Positions 17,146 through 27,722 of a DNA stretch of 63,127 nt are shown here, one piece after another. The first letter of the stretch is position 1. Every line of letters starts with the position of its first letter. The notes under the pieces were generated by a model. It saw only the letters and a list, made by a program, of their open reading frames with translations, was not told the DNA's origin and did no database searches. The translations under genes were made by a program, and so were the position numbers. Source of the DNA: Bacilli bacterium (GTDB lineage: Bacteria; Bacillota_I; Bacilli_A; RFN20; CAG-826); contig JALRKT010000004.1 of NCBI GenBank assembly GCA_023268805.1, positions 1-63,127 of the forward strand. Direction: 5' to 3'.

Positions 17146-18103
17146 TAAAGCGCCAAAATTCAAAGAATTTCGCGTGAAAAAAGCAGGAATTCTCATGGAT
17201 TTTTTACGGGAATCACTTCCCAAAATGAGTCGAAATAATATCAAGTCATTACTTCGGCATAAGCAAGTTGCCGTTGAAGGGGTCCGTGTATCACGCTTTG
17301 ATTTTCCCTTGGCCGCGAATGACATGGTCATTGTCTTTTCCGAACGAAAGGTCGAATTGAAAGTATCACGACCTAAAATTATTTATGAAGATGATGAATT
17401 CTTGGTGATTGATAAGCCAAGTGGCCTATTAAGTATTGCCTCGGATAAAGAAAAAACAAAAACCGCCATCAAAGTGATGATGGAATATGTTCAAGACAAA
17501 AATCCGAATGCTCGCCTCTATGTGACCCACCGTATTGACCGCGATACCTCGGGGATTCTACTTTTCTCGAAACGGGAAGATCTTCGAAATATCCTTCAAG
17601 ATCGATGGAACGAACTGGTGACCAAACGCGGCTATTTTGCCATTGTTGAAGGGGTTCCCAAAGAAAAGAAGAAAACCATTAAATCATGGTTACGTCAGAC
17701 GACCACTCAACTCATGTATTCTCACTATGAAGAAGATGATGAAGGCCAAGAAGCGATTACACATTATGAAGTTAAACAAACTTCCGGCAATCATGCGTTA
17801 TTAGACGTACTGATTGATACTGGAAGAAAAAATCAAATTCGAGTTCATCTTAATGATTTGGGACACCCGATTATTGGTGATAAAAAATACCATAGTGAAA
17901 CCGATCCGTTAAAGCGATTAGGCCTTCACGCGTATGCCTTAGAATTCCATCATCCGATCACGCAAAAAAAGCTTAAATTCTATGCCCCTATTCCGAAATT
18001 ATTTCATCAGTTCATGAGTCAAACAAATACGCCATCCCCTCAGGACAAACCTAGAAAAAAACCTTATAATAAAAACCATGGAACTCGTCGAGCTAAGCGG
18101 TAA
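17114..18103 (+). CDS. RluA-family pseudouridine synthase with an S4 domain and a basic C-terminal tail
   Basis: Catalytic 'HRIDRDTSGILLF' and 'GRKNQIRVH'. An alternative start is ATG 17195. Confidence 0.85.
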   Translation: MQNSNPPSRNNKAPKFKEFRVKKAGILMDFLRESLPKMSRNNIKSLLRHKQVAVEGVRVSRFDFPLAANDMVIVFSERKVELKVSRPKIIYEDDEFLVIDKPSGLLSIASDKEKTKTAIKVMMEYVQDKNPNARLYVTHRIDRDTSGILLFSKREDLRNILQDRWNELVTKRGYFAIVEGVPKEKKKTIKSWLRQTTTQLMYSHYEEDDEGQEAITHYEVKQTSGNHALLDVLIDTGRKNQIRVHLNDLGHPIIGDKKYHSETDPLKRLGLHAYALEFHHPITQKKLKFYAPIPKLFHQFMSQTNTPSPQDKPRKKPYNKNHGTRRAKR

Positions 18104-21098
18104 ATTTCAACGAAGGTGGTTACGGCATACACGCCGACTTACTATCCAATGGAATCAGCCTGATTCCTTTTTGCGTTATGTTTTCTTCCTCGCTTTTATG
18201 GGCGTAATGTTCTTTGCGTATGCACTAGTTACCAATTTATTTACCATTCCATTAAGTGGGGATTATGTGTTACAGCAAATCCCGTTTTATTTGAATGGGT
18301 ATGATGATTGGTGGCATTTTTTTCGCACGGGTGAATTCGTTTTATGGGATTCATCGACCTACCTTGGTGCGAACCATATCGGTTCTAATTCTTTTTATTA
18401 TTATTTAAATCCATTCTTTCTACCTATTTTGCTTTTCCCACGAGCATTAGTCCCTCAAGGGATGGCCATCTTGATGATCGGCAAAATGGTTTTAGCCTCA
18501 TTAACGTTTCGCATTTATTTAAAATATCAAGGTGTTTCTGAAACCAATAGTCGTTTATTCTCTATGGCCTATGGATTTTCGGGTTGGATGGTCTATTACC
18601 TTTGGTTTAATCACTTCATGGAAGTTGCGGTGGTGTTTCCCCTTGTTTTACTTGGGATTGAAACTCTCTTAAAAGAAAAGAAGATTATCCTTTTAGCCTC
18701 CAGTCTGTTTTTGATGGGCATTACGAATTATTTCTTCCTTGTATCGACGAGTTTTACGGCGTTCTTCTACGCCGTCTTTCGTTATTTTCAAACGTTACCC
18801 CGTCGTTCATGGCAAGATTCATTGAAGATAATTGGACTTGGTTTTGTTGGCTTTTTGAGTGGACTGTTGATGTCAGGATTTGTCTTTTTACCTTCTGTTT
18901 TGGTTGCCGTCACGTCCGACCGTGTAGGTGGAGCGTGGTATCTTGATCGACTTATTGCCACCTGGACAGCAGAAGATTGGGAACAATTTTGGCGATTATT
19001 AACCGTCTGGCAAAATGCGTCTTTGACAGAAGAACCGTACAATAAGTTTTATCCCCTTGTTTCGTTTTTATTTCCAACAGTGAGCAATCGATCTTCGACC
19101 TTATTCCGTACGTCGAGTTACGATAATACGATTTCTAGTCTATTCATGTATACACCCTTGACGAAGCTCGTTGTTCCTTCGTAGCTACACTCCATCAAAC
19201 AAAAGAAAGATTCGCATTTCATCGCCTTGGGTATATTGCTATTTATGTTATTTACGCCGATTACCTATCAATTAGTTCATGGCTTTACCATTGACTACGG
19301 CCGTTGGCAAATCTTTGTCGTCACCATTGCCATTGCTTATGTCGCTTTACAATTTGAACATCGCCATGCGTTTAAGGTGTGGTATTTTGATGTCTCATTT
19401 GCGGTGATTTTTGGATTAGCGTTTTATGCCTTAGCCGTCGCTCAAGCCAATGAAAATCAGTATTTCTTTACGGCGTTAGAAGAACGCGAATGGGTGGCAA
19501 TTGGAACCCTTCTTTACATGATTGGTGTTTATTTATATTTCCGAAAACAGTATATGTCCAAAACGTTGACGGAAATCATGAAAAATGCCATTTTTTTTGA
19601 ATCGATTATTATGGGTGCTTTGATTATGAATATCCATGGATTAGTAAGCTATCCCAACCGAATTGACAATGGCCTTACCCTCATCCGTGATCAGCGGGAT
19701 GTGATTACTTCCATTAATCGTGAAGATGACGATTTATTCCGTATTTTCAATTTGAATAGTGGCGAATCAACGAATCTTGGGATGCGTCTAGGCTATAACG
19801 GGGTGACCGCTTTCCACTCCCTTTACAATTTCCATGTCAGTGATTTTAATGCCTGGTCGCACATGAATTACAACTATCGAGGATGGTCAATGGGATATCA
19901 TGAAAAACGTTATAACCTTGATACGTTTTTAGGCATCAAATATTACCTGATGCAAAATGTTTATGATTCGTATACGCGGTCGGCTGAACCAAATCCAGAC
20001 ACAGGCTATTATGATTATTTGTATCAAAATGTTCCACATGGTTTTACCAAAAATTATGAATTATCAACCGAATTAAATTCCGTTTATGAAAATCAAAACT
20101 TTATCGAAGGAGGGTTTAGTTTTGATACCCTCATTCGCACGAATAAAATCGAAGGGGCATCGATTTATGATTTTTTTGCGAACACCACTACGGAAGTTCT
20201 TACCAACGAAGAGGCGTATCTTACTGGGGGTATTCTTGATAATGAGGATGTTTTAAGCGTTCTAGAACAAGCACCTCATCTCCAAGTTCAAGATATACCG
20301 AATCGTAATATCGCACGCGTTTTTGCGAATGTTGAGTTTGTCACATGTCCTACGATTTTTAATCCGAATCTATTAAATGATTTAGAAGCTTGTGAAACCG
20401 CCTTGATCCCTCCTAATTCCACACTCAGTAATTTCCAAGGCGAATTTAAAACCATTCATTTAACACCGACAACAGGCAACCATTTTGCAGAGGAAACCTC
20501 CTTTTTTGCCTTACAACTTCGACTTTCTCATTTTTCCACCGTTTATTTCTTTGATGAGAATAACGAGATTATCGTTCGGGATGCCCATAGTTTTGTCAAT
20601 ACATCATTCAAGTTTATGCGCGGTTATTACCCCGATCGCCCGGTGAGCCGGATAGTGATCGTTCCTAAGTTTTCTTCAGGAACGATGTTTTATCCGGTTT
20701 TATACCGAGAAGCGTATTCTGATTATCTTGAACGCCTCAATTTATTAAATGCATATCCTTTAGAACGATTTACGCATACAAAAAACACCATGGAATTTGA
20801 AACGAATTATGATCAATCACGATTTATCGTCTTGCAAACTCCGTATGATCCGGGTTGGAATGTCACCTATTGGAACGATCAAGGTCAATCGTTTACTACA
20901 CCTGTGTACCGTGCACAAGGTGGCTTTATCGGGTTTGTTTCAGGAGAAGGATTTACACGTTATCGCGTTCATTATTGGACCCCGTACTTAACAGAAGGCT
21001 TATTACTCTCGTTATCGGGAGCTGTTTTATTGGGTGGTGTCACTGGCGCAGCGTGGTATATTCAACGAAAAAAAGACGACGTTAGTTCCGGTGCATAA
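18078..21098 (+). pseudogene. YfhO-family (GT-C fold) membrane glycosyltransferase interrupted by one in-frame TAG at 19182-19184
   Basis: ORFs 18078-19184 and 19227-21098 are in the same frame. The 14 codons between them contain no other stop. Together they give a ~1000-aa YfhO architecture: 'GDYVLQQIPFY', many TM helices, a large extracytoplasmic domain and a terminal TM helix. Confidence 0.65.
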
Positions 21099-21936
21099 GT
21101 TTATAAATGTAATTTTTTTGAATGGTCGTCATTTCAGAAACTTGACGTATAGCATCTTTCATGGATAATCCGGTTTCAGTGAGGTTTTGCACCAATTTAC
21201 GAAGTTCATCATCGCTTAACTTAATACTCATTTCATCTTTATTACCGTCAACGAGAACGACCATTTCTCCCTTAAGCGAAGTTGGGTCAATCTCGACCAA
21301 TTCTTGTAAGGTTCCACGAAGGTATTCTTCATGAAGTTTTGTGAGTTCTCTAGCAATCACCGCGCGACGATTTCCAAAAACTTCTAACATGTTTTTTAGG
21401 GTGCTATCAATACGATGTGGGGATTCATAAAAAATCAGGGTTTCTTTTCGCGTGTATAGATCCTTTAATTCATCCAATCGAGGTCCTTCTTTAGGAAGTA
21501 AAAAACCATGGAAATAAAAACGTTCGGTATTGAGACCTGAACCAATAAGAGCATTTAAAATGGCAGACGGACCAGAAATAACAACAACATGAATGTCTGA
21601 TTGTAATGCAAGTTGAATCAGGCGTTGTCCTGGATCGGAAATCCCGGGATATCCTGCATCGGATACGTACGCAATAGATTCGCCTTGAAGCACAGCTTGG
21701 ATGATCGTTTGAGACGCAAGATTTTCATTGTGTTCGTGACAAGGTATGAGTGGCTTTTGTAGATTAAAATGATGTAAAAGTTTACCTGTGACGCGTGTAT
21801 CTTCGCACGCGATTTTATCAACTTTCGACATGATTTCTAATGCCCGTGGAGAGAGTTCTTGTAAATTCCCAATAGGGGTGGCAATAAAGTACAGGGTGTG
21901 GGCTGGTTGGGGTTGAAAACTTTTATGTCTAATCAT
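21082..21936 (-). CDS. rsmI: 16S rRNA (cytidine1402-2'-O)-methyltransferase
   Basis: 'LYFIATPIGNLQELSPRAL', 'ACEDTR' and 'VSDAGYPGISDPG'. Confidence 0.9.
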   Translation of the reverse strand: MIRHKSFQPQPAHTLYFIATPIGNLQELSPRALEIMSKVDKIACEDTRVTGKLLHHFNLQKPLIPCHEHNENLASQTIIQAVLQGESIAYVSDAGYPGISDPGQRLIQLALQSDIHVVVISGPSAILNALIGSGLNTERFYFHGFLLPKEGPRLDELKDLYTRKETLIFYESPHRIDSTLKNMLEVFGNRRAVIARELTKLHEEYLRGTLQELVEIDPTSLKGEMVVLVDGNKDEMSIKLSDDELRKLVQNLTETGLSMKDAIRQVSEMTTIQKNYIYKLMHRN

Positions 21937-22747
21937 GAACTTTTTGACCTTGTTTACTTAATTCATCCACATGCATGAATACGATGTCGTGTTCTGGGGA
22001 TTGTAATTTAATGACACGGGTCAAAACGTTCATTGAACTAACACGGTACGTTTGTTGATTTAAGCGATAATGACTTCCTACTTTGGGTAAACTTTCTTTT
22101 AGTTCGGTATAGGCGTCATCTTCATATTTAAGGCAACATAATAATTTTCCACAGTGACCCGTTAACTTGGGAATGTTTAACGAGAGCATTTGATTTTTAG
22201 CGCGATTGATAGAAATATTATCGAACTCGTTAAGAAAGGAGGTGCAGCATAAAGGCAAACCACAAACCCCAATCGCACCAAGTAATTTTGCGCGATCACG
22301 TGCCCCAATTTGACGTAAGTCAATGCGCGTGTGAAATTGATTGGCGAGTTCTTTGACGAGTTCCCGGAAATCGATGCGTTCTTCGGCGACGAAAAGAAAA
22401 TAAAGTTTCGAACGATCTAAATTATATTCGGCACGAAACATATCCATTTTTAAATGAAGATTTTTAACAATATCTTTTGCTTGTATAAAGGCTTGTTTGG
22501 CGTCTTCTTCGTTACGATCAAATTGACGAATATCGTCTTTTGTCGCTTTTTTAATCACGGAATCGACGGTAAATTGACGCGTAAAGGATTCGATGGGAAC
22601 CGCCTGTTTTTTAACTTGTCCAAGTTCAGGACCTTTCGGGGTCTCGACAACGACCCATGTTTGAAGTTCAACAGGTTCATGAAAACGAACATAATGAACT
22701 TTTGGTAAATGATGGAATTGAACCCCCATGATAAACTCATTACTCAT
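21929..22747 (-). CDS. ricT: PSP1-domain protein (YaaT/RicT)
   Basis: Cys cluster 'GVCGLPLCC...GHCGKLLCCLKYE'. ATG 22747 forms an ATGA overlap with the holB stop. Confidence 0.85.
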   Translation of the reverse strand: MSNEFIMGVQFHHLPKVHYVRFHEPVELQTWVVVETPKGPELGQVKKQAVPIESFTRQFTVDSVIKKATKDDIRQFDRNEEDAKQAFIQAKDIVKNLHLKMDMFRAEYNLDRSKLYFLFVAEERIDFRELVKELANQFHTRIDLRQIGARDRAKLLGAIGVCGLPLCCTSFLNEFDNISINRAKNQMLSLNIPKLTGHCGKLLCCLKYEDDAYTELKESLPKVGSHYRLNQQTYRVSSMNVLTRVIKLQSPEHDIVFMHVDELSKQGQKVHD

Positions 22748-23733
22748 AGCAAACGCATTCCTTTCGTAAAGCGAATGAGCCATTGATCAAGAAGAAGAGG
22801 GACATTAACAGGAAGTCTTAACCGATGAATCGTTTCTTCTGTTAGTGTCACTAAGACATCATGATCGATGACCGTATCGTTTAATAATAATAACGCAGAA
22901 CGAAAATTTTTTAAAACAACCTTTTGATGAAATTGGAGGCGCAAAGATTGTTGTAAAAAAACAATCATCCAGGAAAACCATTGTTCAGCCAGTGTATTAT
23001 CTTGGATCAATGGAATGATGTTTTGTCGAAAATATAATTTCATGACCGATACTTTTTGCCCCATTAAACTGAGCCATTCCATGGTTGCTTTTTTTAACGC
23101 GACGTACGAAGAGGTTGACACCCATGCTTTAGCAAGTTCAGGCGTGGTGTAAAAAAACGAGGCTAATTGGGCATCATCTTCATTTAATCCAGCTTGTTGA
23201 TAAAGATCCACAAGTCGAGATTGTTCAATGGGTTTAAGCGTTACAACTTGAGAGCGCGATAGGATGGTTGGTAAAAGGCTATGAACTGATTCGGTCGTTA
23301 AGATAGCATAGATATCTTGTTGAGGTTCTTCCAAAAATTTTAATAAAGCATTGACGGCCTCAGGTGTCATCGTTTCCACGAGATGAAGGATGTAAATTTG
23401 CCGTTGAAAAATTTCTAAAGATGTGACAGAAAAGGACTGTTCAAGATTGAGAATATCTTGTTTTTTAATGGATGCTTCTTGACCATCAATCACGTGAAGA
23501 TCCACAAAATCACCGGCATCGATACGGCGACATGTTTGACATGTATCATCTGCGAGGGGTTGACCGTGTTCACAGACAAGGGATTTCGCTAAATAGATGG
23601 CAATTTCTTTGAGCGGTGTTCCTTTTTGTCCCGATAAAAGATAAGCATGCGACCATTTTTTTTGTGTTAAAGCGTGACTGAATAAATGGTGGATATGCGG
23701 TTGAAATTGTTGAAGATAATGGGAAATACTCAT
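22744..23733 (-). CDS. holB: DNA polymerase III delta' subunit
   Basis: 'HAYLLSG', a zinc module 'CEHGQPLADDTCQTCRR', 'LLKFLEEP' and 'TILSRSQ'. Confidence 0.85.
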   Translation of the reverse strand: MSISHYLQQFQPHIHHLFSHALTQKKWSHAYLLSGQKGTPLKEIAIYLAKSLVCEHGQPLADDTCQTCRRIDAGDFVDLHVIDGQEASIKKQDILNLEQSFSVTSLEIFQRQIYILHLVETMTPEAVNALLKFLEEPQQDIYAILTTESVHSLLPTILSRSQVVTLKPIEQSRLVDLYQQAGLNEDDAQLASFFYTTPELAKAWVSTSSYVALKKATMEWLSLMGQKVSVMKLYFRQNIIPLIQDNTLAEQWFSWMIVFLQQSLRLQFHQKVVLKNFRSALLLLNDTVIDHDVLVTLTEETIHRLRLPVNVPLLLDQWLIRFTKGMRLL

Positions 23734-24347
23734 GTAAGACGCTTTTTGATGTGAGCGTACGTGGTTTCGATGACATCATGTAAAGGTTGAGAAGCATCAA
23801 TGACCACAATCCGTTGTGGATATTTTTTTGCGAGGGCTAAATACGTCTGCCGAACTTGACGGTGGAAATCAAGACGTTCTAGATCAAGTCGGTTGACTTC
23901 ACGTTGTTTGTTTTGAGCAATTCGTTTTAGACCGAGTTCGGGTTCGATATCAAAAAGAAGGGTTAATTCAGGGAATGAACCTTCGGTGGCAAATAAATTG
24001 ATTTGCAACACCTCATCAAGACCAATGCCACGTGCCCCTCCTTGATACGCTAAACTGGAATCAATAAACCGGTCACAAATAACAATATGACCTGCTTGGA
24101 TACTGGGCCAAATTTTTTCGACGAGGTTTTGTCGACGACTTGCAGCATATAATAAGGCTTCAGCTCGTGCATCGAGCTTTAAGTTTTTTCGATCTAAGAT
24201 GATCGTACGAATTTGTTCGGCGATTTCAGTACCGCCGGGTTCTCGTGTTTCAATGATGGAGTGCCCTTCATCGATAAGCCGACGGATAACTTCTTTCATG
24301 ACCGATGTTTTTCCACTACCTTCGGGTCCCTCTAATGTAATAAACAT
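23730..24347 (-). CDS. tmk: Thymidylate kinase
   Basis: P-loop 'FITLEGPEGSGKTS', 'DRFIDSSLAYQG'. Confidence 0.93.
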   Translation of the reverse strand: MFITLEGPEGSGKTSVMKEVIRRLIDEGHSIIETREPGGTEIAEQIRTIILDRKNLKLDARAEALLYAASRRQNLVEKIWPSIQAGHIVICDRFIDSSLAYQGGARGIGLDEVLQINLFATEGSFPELTLLFDIEPELGLKRIAQNKQREVNRLDLERLDFHRQVRQTYLALAKKYPQRIVVIDASQPLHDVIETTYAHIKKRLT

Positions 24348-24349
24348 AC

Positions 24350-24952
24350 TTATTCTCCTTTGAGATTCGTTCGACCGGATAACGCTTTGGATAAGGTCAC
24401 TGCATCGGCGTAATCTAAGTTAGCACCCATCGGTAAGCCATAACCCAAACGCGTAATTTTGATGGATTTATGTTTCAATAGAACCGCTAAATATTGGGCC
24501 GTCGTTTCCCCTTCAAGGGTTGGACTCATCGCAAGAATCAGTTCGCCGTATGGTTTTTCTTCAAGACGTTTATATAAGCTTGGAATATTAAGTTGAGAAA
24601 CTTGAACGCCCTTTGAAGCGGATAGGACTCCCCCTAAAACATGGTAACGATAGGTCACGTCTTCAAGGCGTTCAAATGCAAAAACATCTTTTGGATAACT
24701 GACGACAACAAGGGTTTCATAGGGACGAGGGGATTGACAAATTTCACACGTTTCTGATTCGGTGTATAAACCACAAATGGAACACGTGCGAACGGTCGTT
24801 TTAACCGCAATCAAATCCTTGGCAAATTGTTGGACATCTTCCTCAGGAAGCTGCAAGACCGCCTGCGCCATCCGTTCAGCAGACTTTAAACCTACACCCG
24901 GAAGTTTATGAAATGATTCAGTTAGGTTTTGTAATGTTTTTAATGGTTTCAT
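24350..24952 (-). CDS. recR: Recombination protein RecR
   Basis: 'LPGVGLKSAERMA' HhH, a C4 zinc finger 'CSICG...CEIC' and a Toprim region. Confidence 0.93.
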   Translation of the reverse strand: MKPLKTLQNLTESFHKLPGVGLKSAERMAQAVLQLPEEDVQQFAKDLIAVKTTVRTCSICGLYTESETCEICQSPRPYETLVVVSYPKDVFAFERLEDVTYRYHVLGGVLSASKGVQVSQLNIPSLYKRLEEKPYGELILAMSPTLEGETTAQYLAVLLKHKSIKITRLGYGLPMGANLDYADAVTLSKALSGRTNLKGE

Positions 24953-26574
24953 ACATTAAATTTCCAATTACGAACGGTGGGTGGTGTTTGGGTTTTAGCA
25001 GGAAGTTTGCCTAATTGACGTAAGTCGAGAAAAAGTTTATTGAGCTTTAAGGATTCTTGACGGTTAACCGCATAGATAAGGACAGGTTCAGGATAAAGAT
25101 TTGCCAATACATCTTGTAATGCACTTTGATTTTGGACACGATTTAATTTGGCCGCTTGTAAGGCATTATCGTACTCCAAAATAAGAACGTACTCACTGAG
25201 TACATACGGTTTTCCATCTTTGAGTAAGGTTGCGATGGGGCCTATGGATTCATCCAGCATGAGGGTATCAAGTTGATCCCATTCTTTGAGAAGGGATTGC
25301 TTTTCTTCTTTATTTCCATCCAGCATAATTTTGATAATGTTCAGATCATCGATGTATAAGCTGTCACCTTCTTCCGATAATGAGGAAGCGGATGGTTGAA
25401 TTACTTTCGGTAAGGGTGAACTTACCAAGGGTTTGGCAGGTATGGGCGTTGGTTGCTTGACAGGCACCATGTCTTGTTTTTTCTCCATGAAGGAGAGCCC
25501 ACGAATTTCAAACATGTTCAACCAATTTCCGTTCACTTTGTAATCGGCTAACAAGAAGAAAATCATGTCTAATAAAGTATTAGTTTGTTCGATCGATAAG
25601 GAAAGAAGCAAACGATTCACATCCGCTTCTGTCAAAACTCGGAGTAAATCAAAATTTTTGGTTTTATAGGCAATAAGGATGTCTTTTAATACATCGATAA
25701 GATCATTGAGTAACCGTTTTTCATCCATTCCTTGTTGGATGAATTGATCAATGGCTTGAATAAATTGGGCCCCATCACTTTGACCAAAAGCCTCAAGCAC
25801 ACGAAGTTTTTCATCCAGGGATATCATGCCAAAGAGTTCAAGAATATCTTTTTCTTGAATGGTTTGCCCAGCATAGGCAATGGCTTGATCTAATAACGAT
25901 AAGGCGTCACGCATCCCCCCATCTGCTAATTGAACAAGTAACTGCAACGCAGCGGGTTCCATGGTAATCGATTCTTTTTCTAAAATAAGACGAATGCGTT
26001 CGGTAATGTCGGCTTGGCCAACCTTGCCAAAATCATAACGTTGGCATCGTGATAAAATCGTCGGAATTATTTTATGAGGTTCCGTCGTAGCAAGGACAAA
26101 CAAAACATGTGATGGCGGTTCTTCTAAGGTTTTTAATAAGGCATTGAACGCAGACGATGTCATCATGTGAACTTCATCAATAATGTAGACTTTGTAACGT
26201 CCCTTGATGGGAGAATATTTCACTTTATCGATGAGATCACGGACTTCTTCCACCCCGTTATTACTTGCAGCATCAATTTCAATCACATCCGGGTGGGCAT
26301 TTTGTGAAATGAGTTGGCAGTTTTCACATACATTGCATTGTTCGCCAAACCCTTTTTCACAGTTTAAGGCTTTCGCAAAAAGTTTTGCCATCGTCGTTTT
26401 TCCGGTTCCCCGAGGTCCGGAAAATAAATAGGCGTGGGAAAGCTTATTGGTTTGCAGCGCATTTTGTAAGGTTTTTACAATTGCGCTTTGCCCGGCAACT
26501 TCCGAAAAAGATTGCGGGCGATACGTTCGATAAAGTGCTTTATATGCCATAGTTTGATTGCCTAAATTATACAT
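24949..26574 (-). CDS. dnaX: DNA polymerase III tau/gamma subunit
   Basis: 'ALYRTYRPQSFSEVAGQ', 'GPRGTGKTT', a zinc module 'CNVCENC' and 'SRCQRYDF'. The start at 26574 has a GGGGTG SD. ATG 26550 aligns better with B. subtilis DnaX but has no SD. The ORF-track start at 26739 is rejected. Confidence 0.88.
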   Translation of the reverse strand: MYNLGNQTMAYKALYRTYRPQSFSEVAGQSAIVKTLQNALQTNKLSHAYLFSGPRGTGKTTMAKLFAKALNCEKGFGEQCNVCENCQLISQNAHPDVIEIDAASNNGVEEVRDLIDKVKYSPIKGRYKVYIIDEVHMMTSSAFNALLKTLEEPPSHVLFVLATTEPHKIIPTILSRCQRYDFGKVGQADITERIRLILEKESITMEPAALQLLVQLADGGMRDALSLLDQAIAYAGQTIQEKDILELFGMISLDEKLRVLEAFGQSDGAQFIQAIDQFIQQGMDEKRLLNDLIDVLKDILIAYKTKNFDLLRVLTEADVNRLLLSLSIEQTNTLLDMIFFLLADYKVNGNWLNMFEIRGLSFMEKKQDMVPVKQPTPIPAKPLVSSPLPKVIQPSASSLSEEGDSLYIDDLNIIKIMLDGNKEEKQSLLKEWDQLDTLMLDESIGPIATLLKDGKPYVLSEYVLILEYDNALQAAKLNRVQNQSALQDVLANLYPEPVLIYAVNRQESLKLNKLFLDLRQLGKLPAKTQTPPTVRNWKFNV

Positions 26575-26659
26575 AAAAACACCCCGAATGAAAACATGAA
26601 AAACCTTCGTAAAAAATTGTAATAAGCGATATTTATGGTAAGATAAACAAGGAAAATTT

Positions 26660-27721
26660 ATGGAAGAACATTTAAAAAATCGTTTATTGGCCATGCGTGA
26701 TCGCTTGAAGGTTGTTGATGAACTACTTTTAGATGCCAATGTTCTTTCCGACTCGCGTCAATTCAAAGCATTATCCAAAGAACGTTCGTTTTTAGATGAT
26801 GTAGTTTCTGTCTTTAATCGTTATGAAGAAAACGAACGAAATTATCACGATGCGCTCCTCATGAAAGATGATAAAGATGAAGAAATTGCTGCTCTTGGTA
26901 AATCCGAAACGGAACGGATTGAAAAAGAACAAATTACTTTACTTGATCAAATCAAAGTTTTACTTATTCCCCGTGATCCCAATGATGACAAAAATATTGT
27001 CGTAGAAATTCGTGGGGCAGCTGGCGGCGATGAAGCCTTTATTTTTGCGAATGATTTGTTTCGTATGTATACCAAATATTGCGAAGCAAACGGATGGAAA
27101 ATTCAAATGATTTCCGATGCGGGAGGTCAGTCCACCATCACGTTTTTAGTGAAAGGTGAAAATGTCTATTCCCGTTTGAAATTTGAATCCGGAGCACACC
27201 GTGTTCAACGGGTCCCAGAAACGGAAGCCTCTGGTCGCATTCATACTTCGACGGCAACGGTTTTGGTGATGCCTGAAGCAGAAGAAGTGGATATTACGAT
27301 TAATACGGCCGATCTTCAAGTGGATACGTATCGTTCCCAAGGAGCGGGCGGACAAAACGTGAATAAAACAGAATCTGCTGTCCGTATCACTCACCTTCCA
27401 ACCGGTATCGTGGTGTCTTGCCAAATTGAAAAATCTCAAATCCAAAACCGCGAACTTGCAATGAAGATGCTTTATGCAAAACTCCAAGCTCATAAACAAG
27501 CCGAAATCGATGAAAAAGTAGGAAACGAACGCAAACTTAAAGTCGGGACTGGGGAACGTAGCGAAAAAATTCGCACGTACAATTATCCGCAAAACCGTGT
27601 CACAGACCATCGTATTGGATTTACCATTCAAAAATTAGATCGTGTTATGGAAGGCGATCTTGAAGAAATTCTAGAAGCACTCAATCATTACGATCAACAA
27701 CAAAAACTCGCAGGAGAATAA
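26660..27721 (+). CDS. prfA: Peptide chain release factor 1
   Basis: 'PET' codon-recognition tripeptide and 'GAGGQNVNK' GGQ motif. Confidence 0.95.
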   Translation: MEEHLKNRLLAMRDRLKVVDELLLDANVLSDSRQFKALSKERSFLDDVVSVFNRYEENERNYHDALLMKDDKDEEIAALGKSETERIEKEQITLLDQIKVLLIPRDPNDDKNIVVEIRGAAGGDEAFIFANDLFRMYTKYCEANGWKIQMISDAGGQSTITFLVKGENVYSRLKFESGAHRVQRVPETEASGRIHTSTATVLVMPEAEEVDITINTADLQVDTYRSQGAGGQNVNKTESAVRITHLPTGIVVSCQIEKSQIQNRELAMKMLYAKLQAHKQAEIDEKVGNERKLKVGTGERSEKIRTYNYPQNRVTDHRIGFTIQKLDRVMEGDLEEILEALNHYDQQQKLAGE

Positions 27722-27722
27722 G

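Noticed and set aside
19182-19184. The possibility that TAG (or TGA) is recoded genome-wide, i.e. an alternative genetic code.
   Set aside because: TAG ends nrdE, secG and gcvH at conserved lengths. TGA ends several conserved genes. Both RF1 and RF2 are encoded, and the prfB shift site relies on UGA being a stop. Trp is consistently TGG.
25470-25490. An A6 run (GAG AAA AAA CAA) in dnaX, near where E. coli makes the gamma subunit by -1 frameshifting.
   Set aside because: The run is not in the X XXY YYZ register (the frame is AAA|AAA|CAA). It is too short for transcriptional slippage and has no downstream hairpin.
26551-26659. An SRP (scRNA/ffs) gene expected upstream of dnaX, as in Bacillus.
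   Set aside because: The interval is only 109 nt, AT-rich, and occupied by divergent promoters. No SRP domain-IV-like helix is seen.
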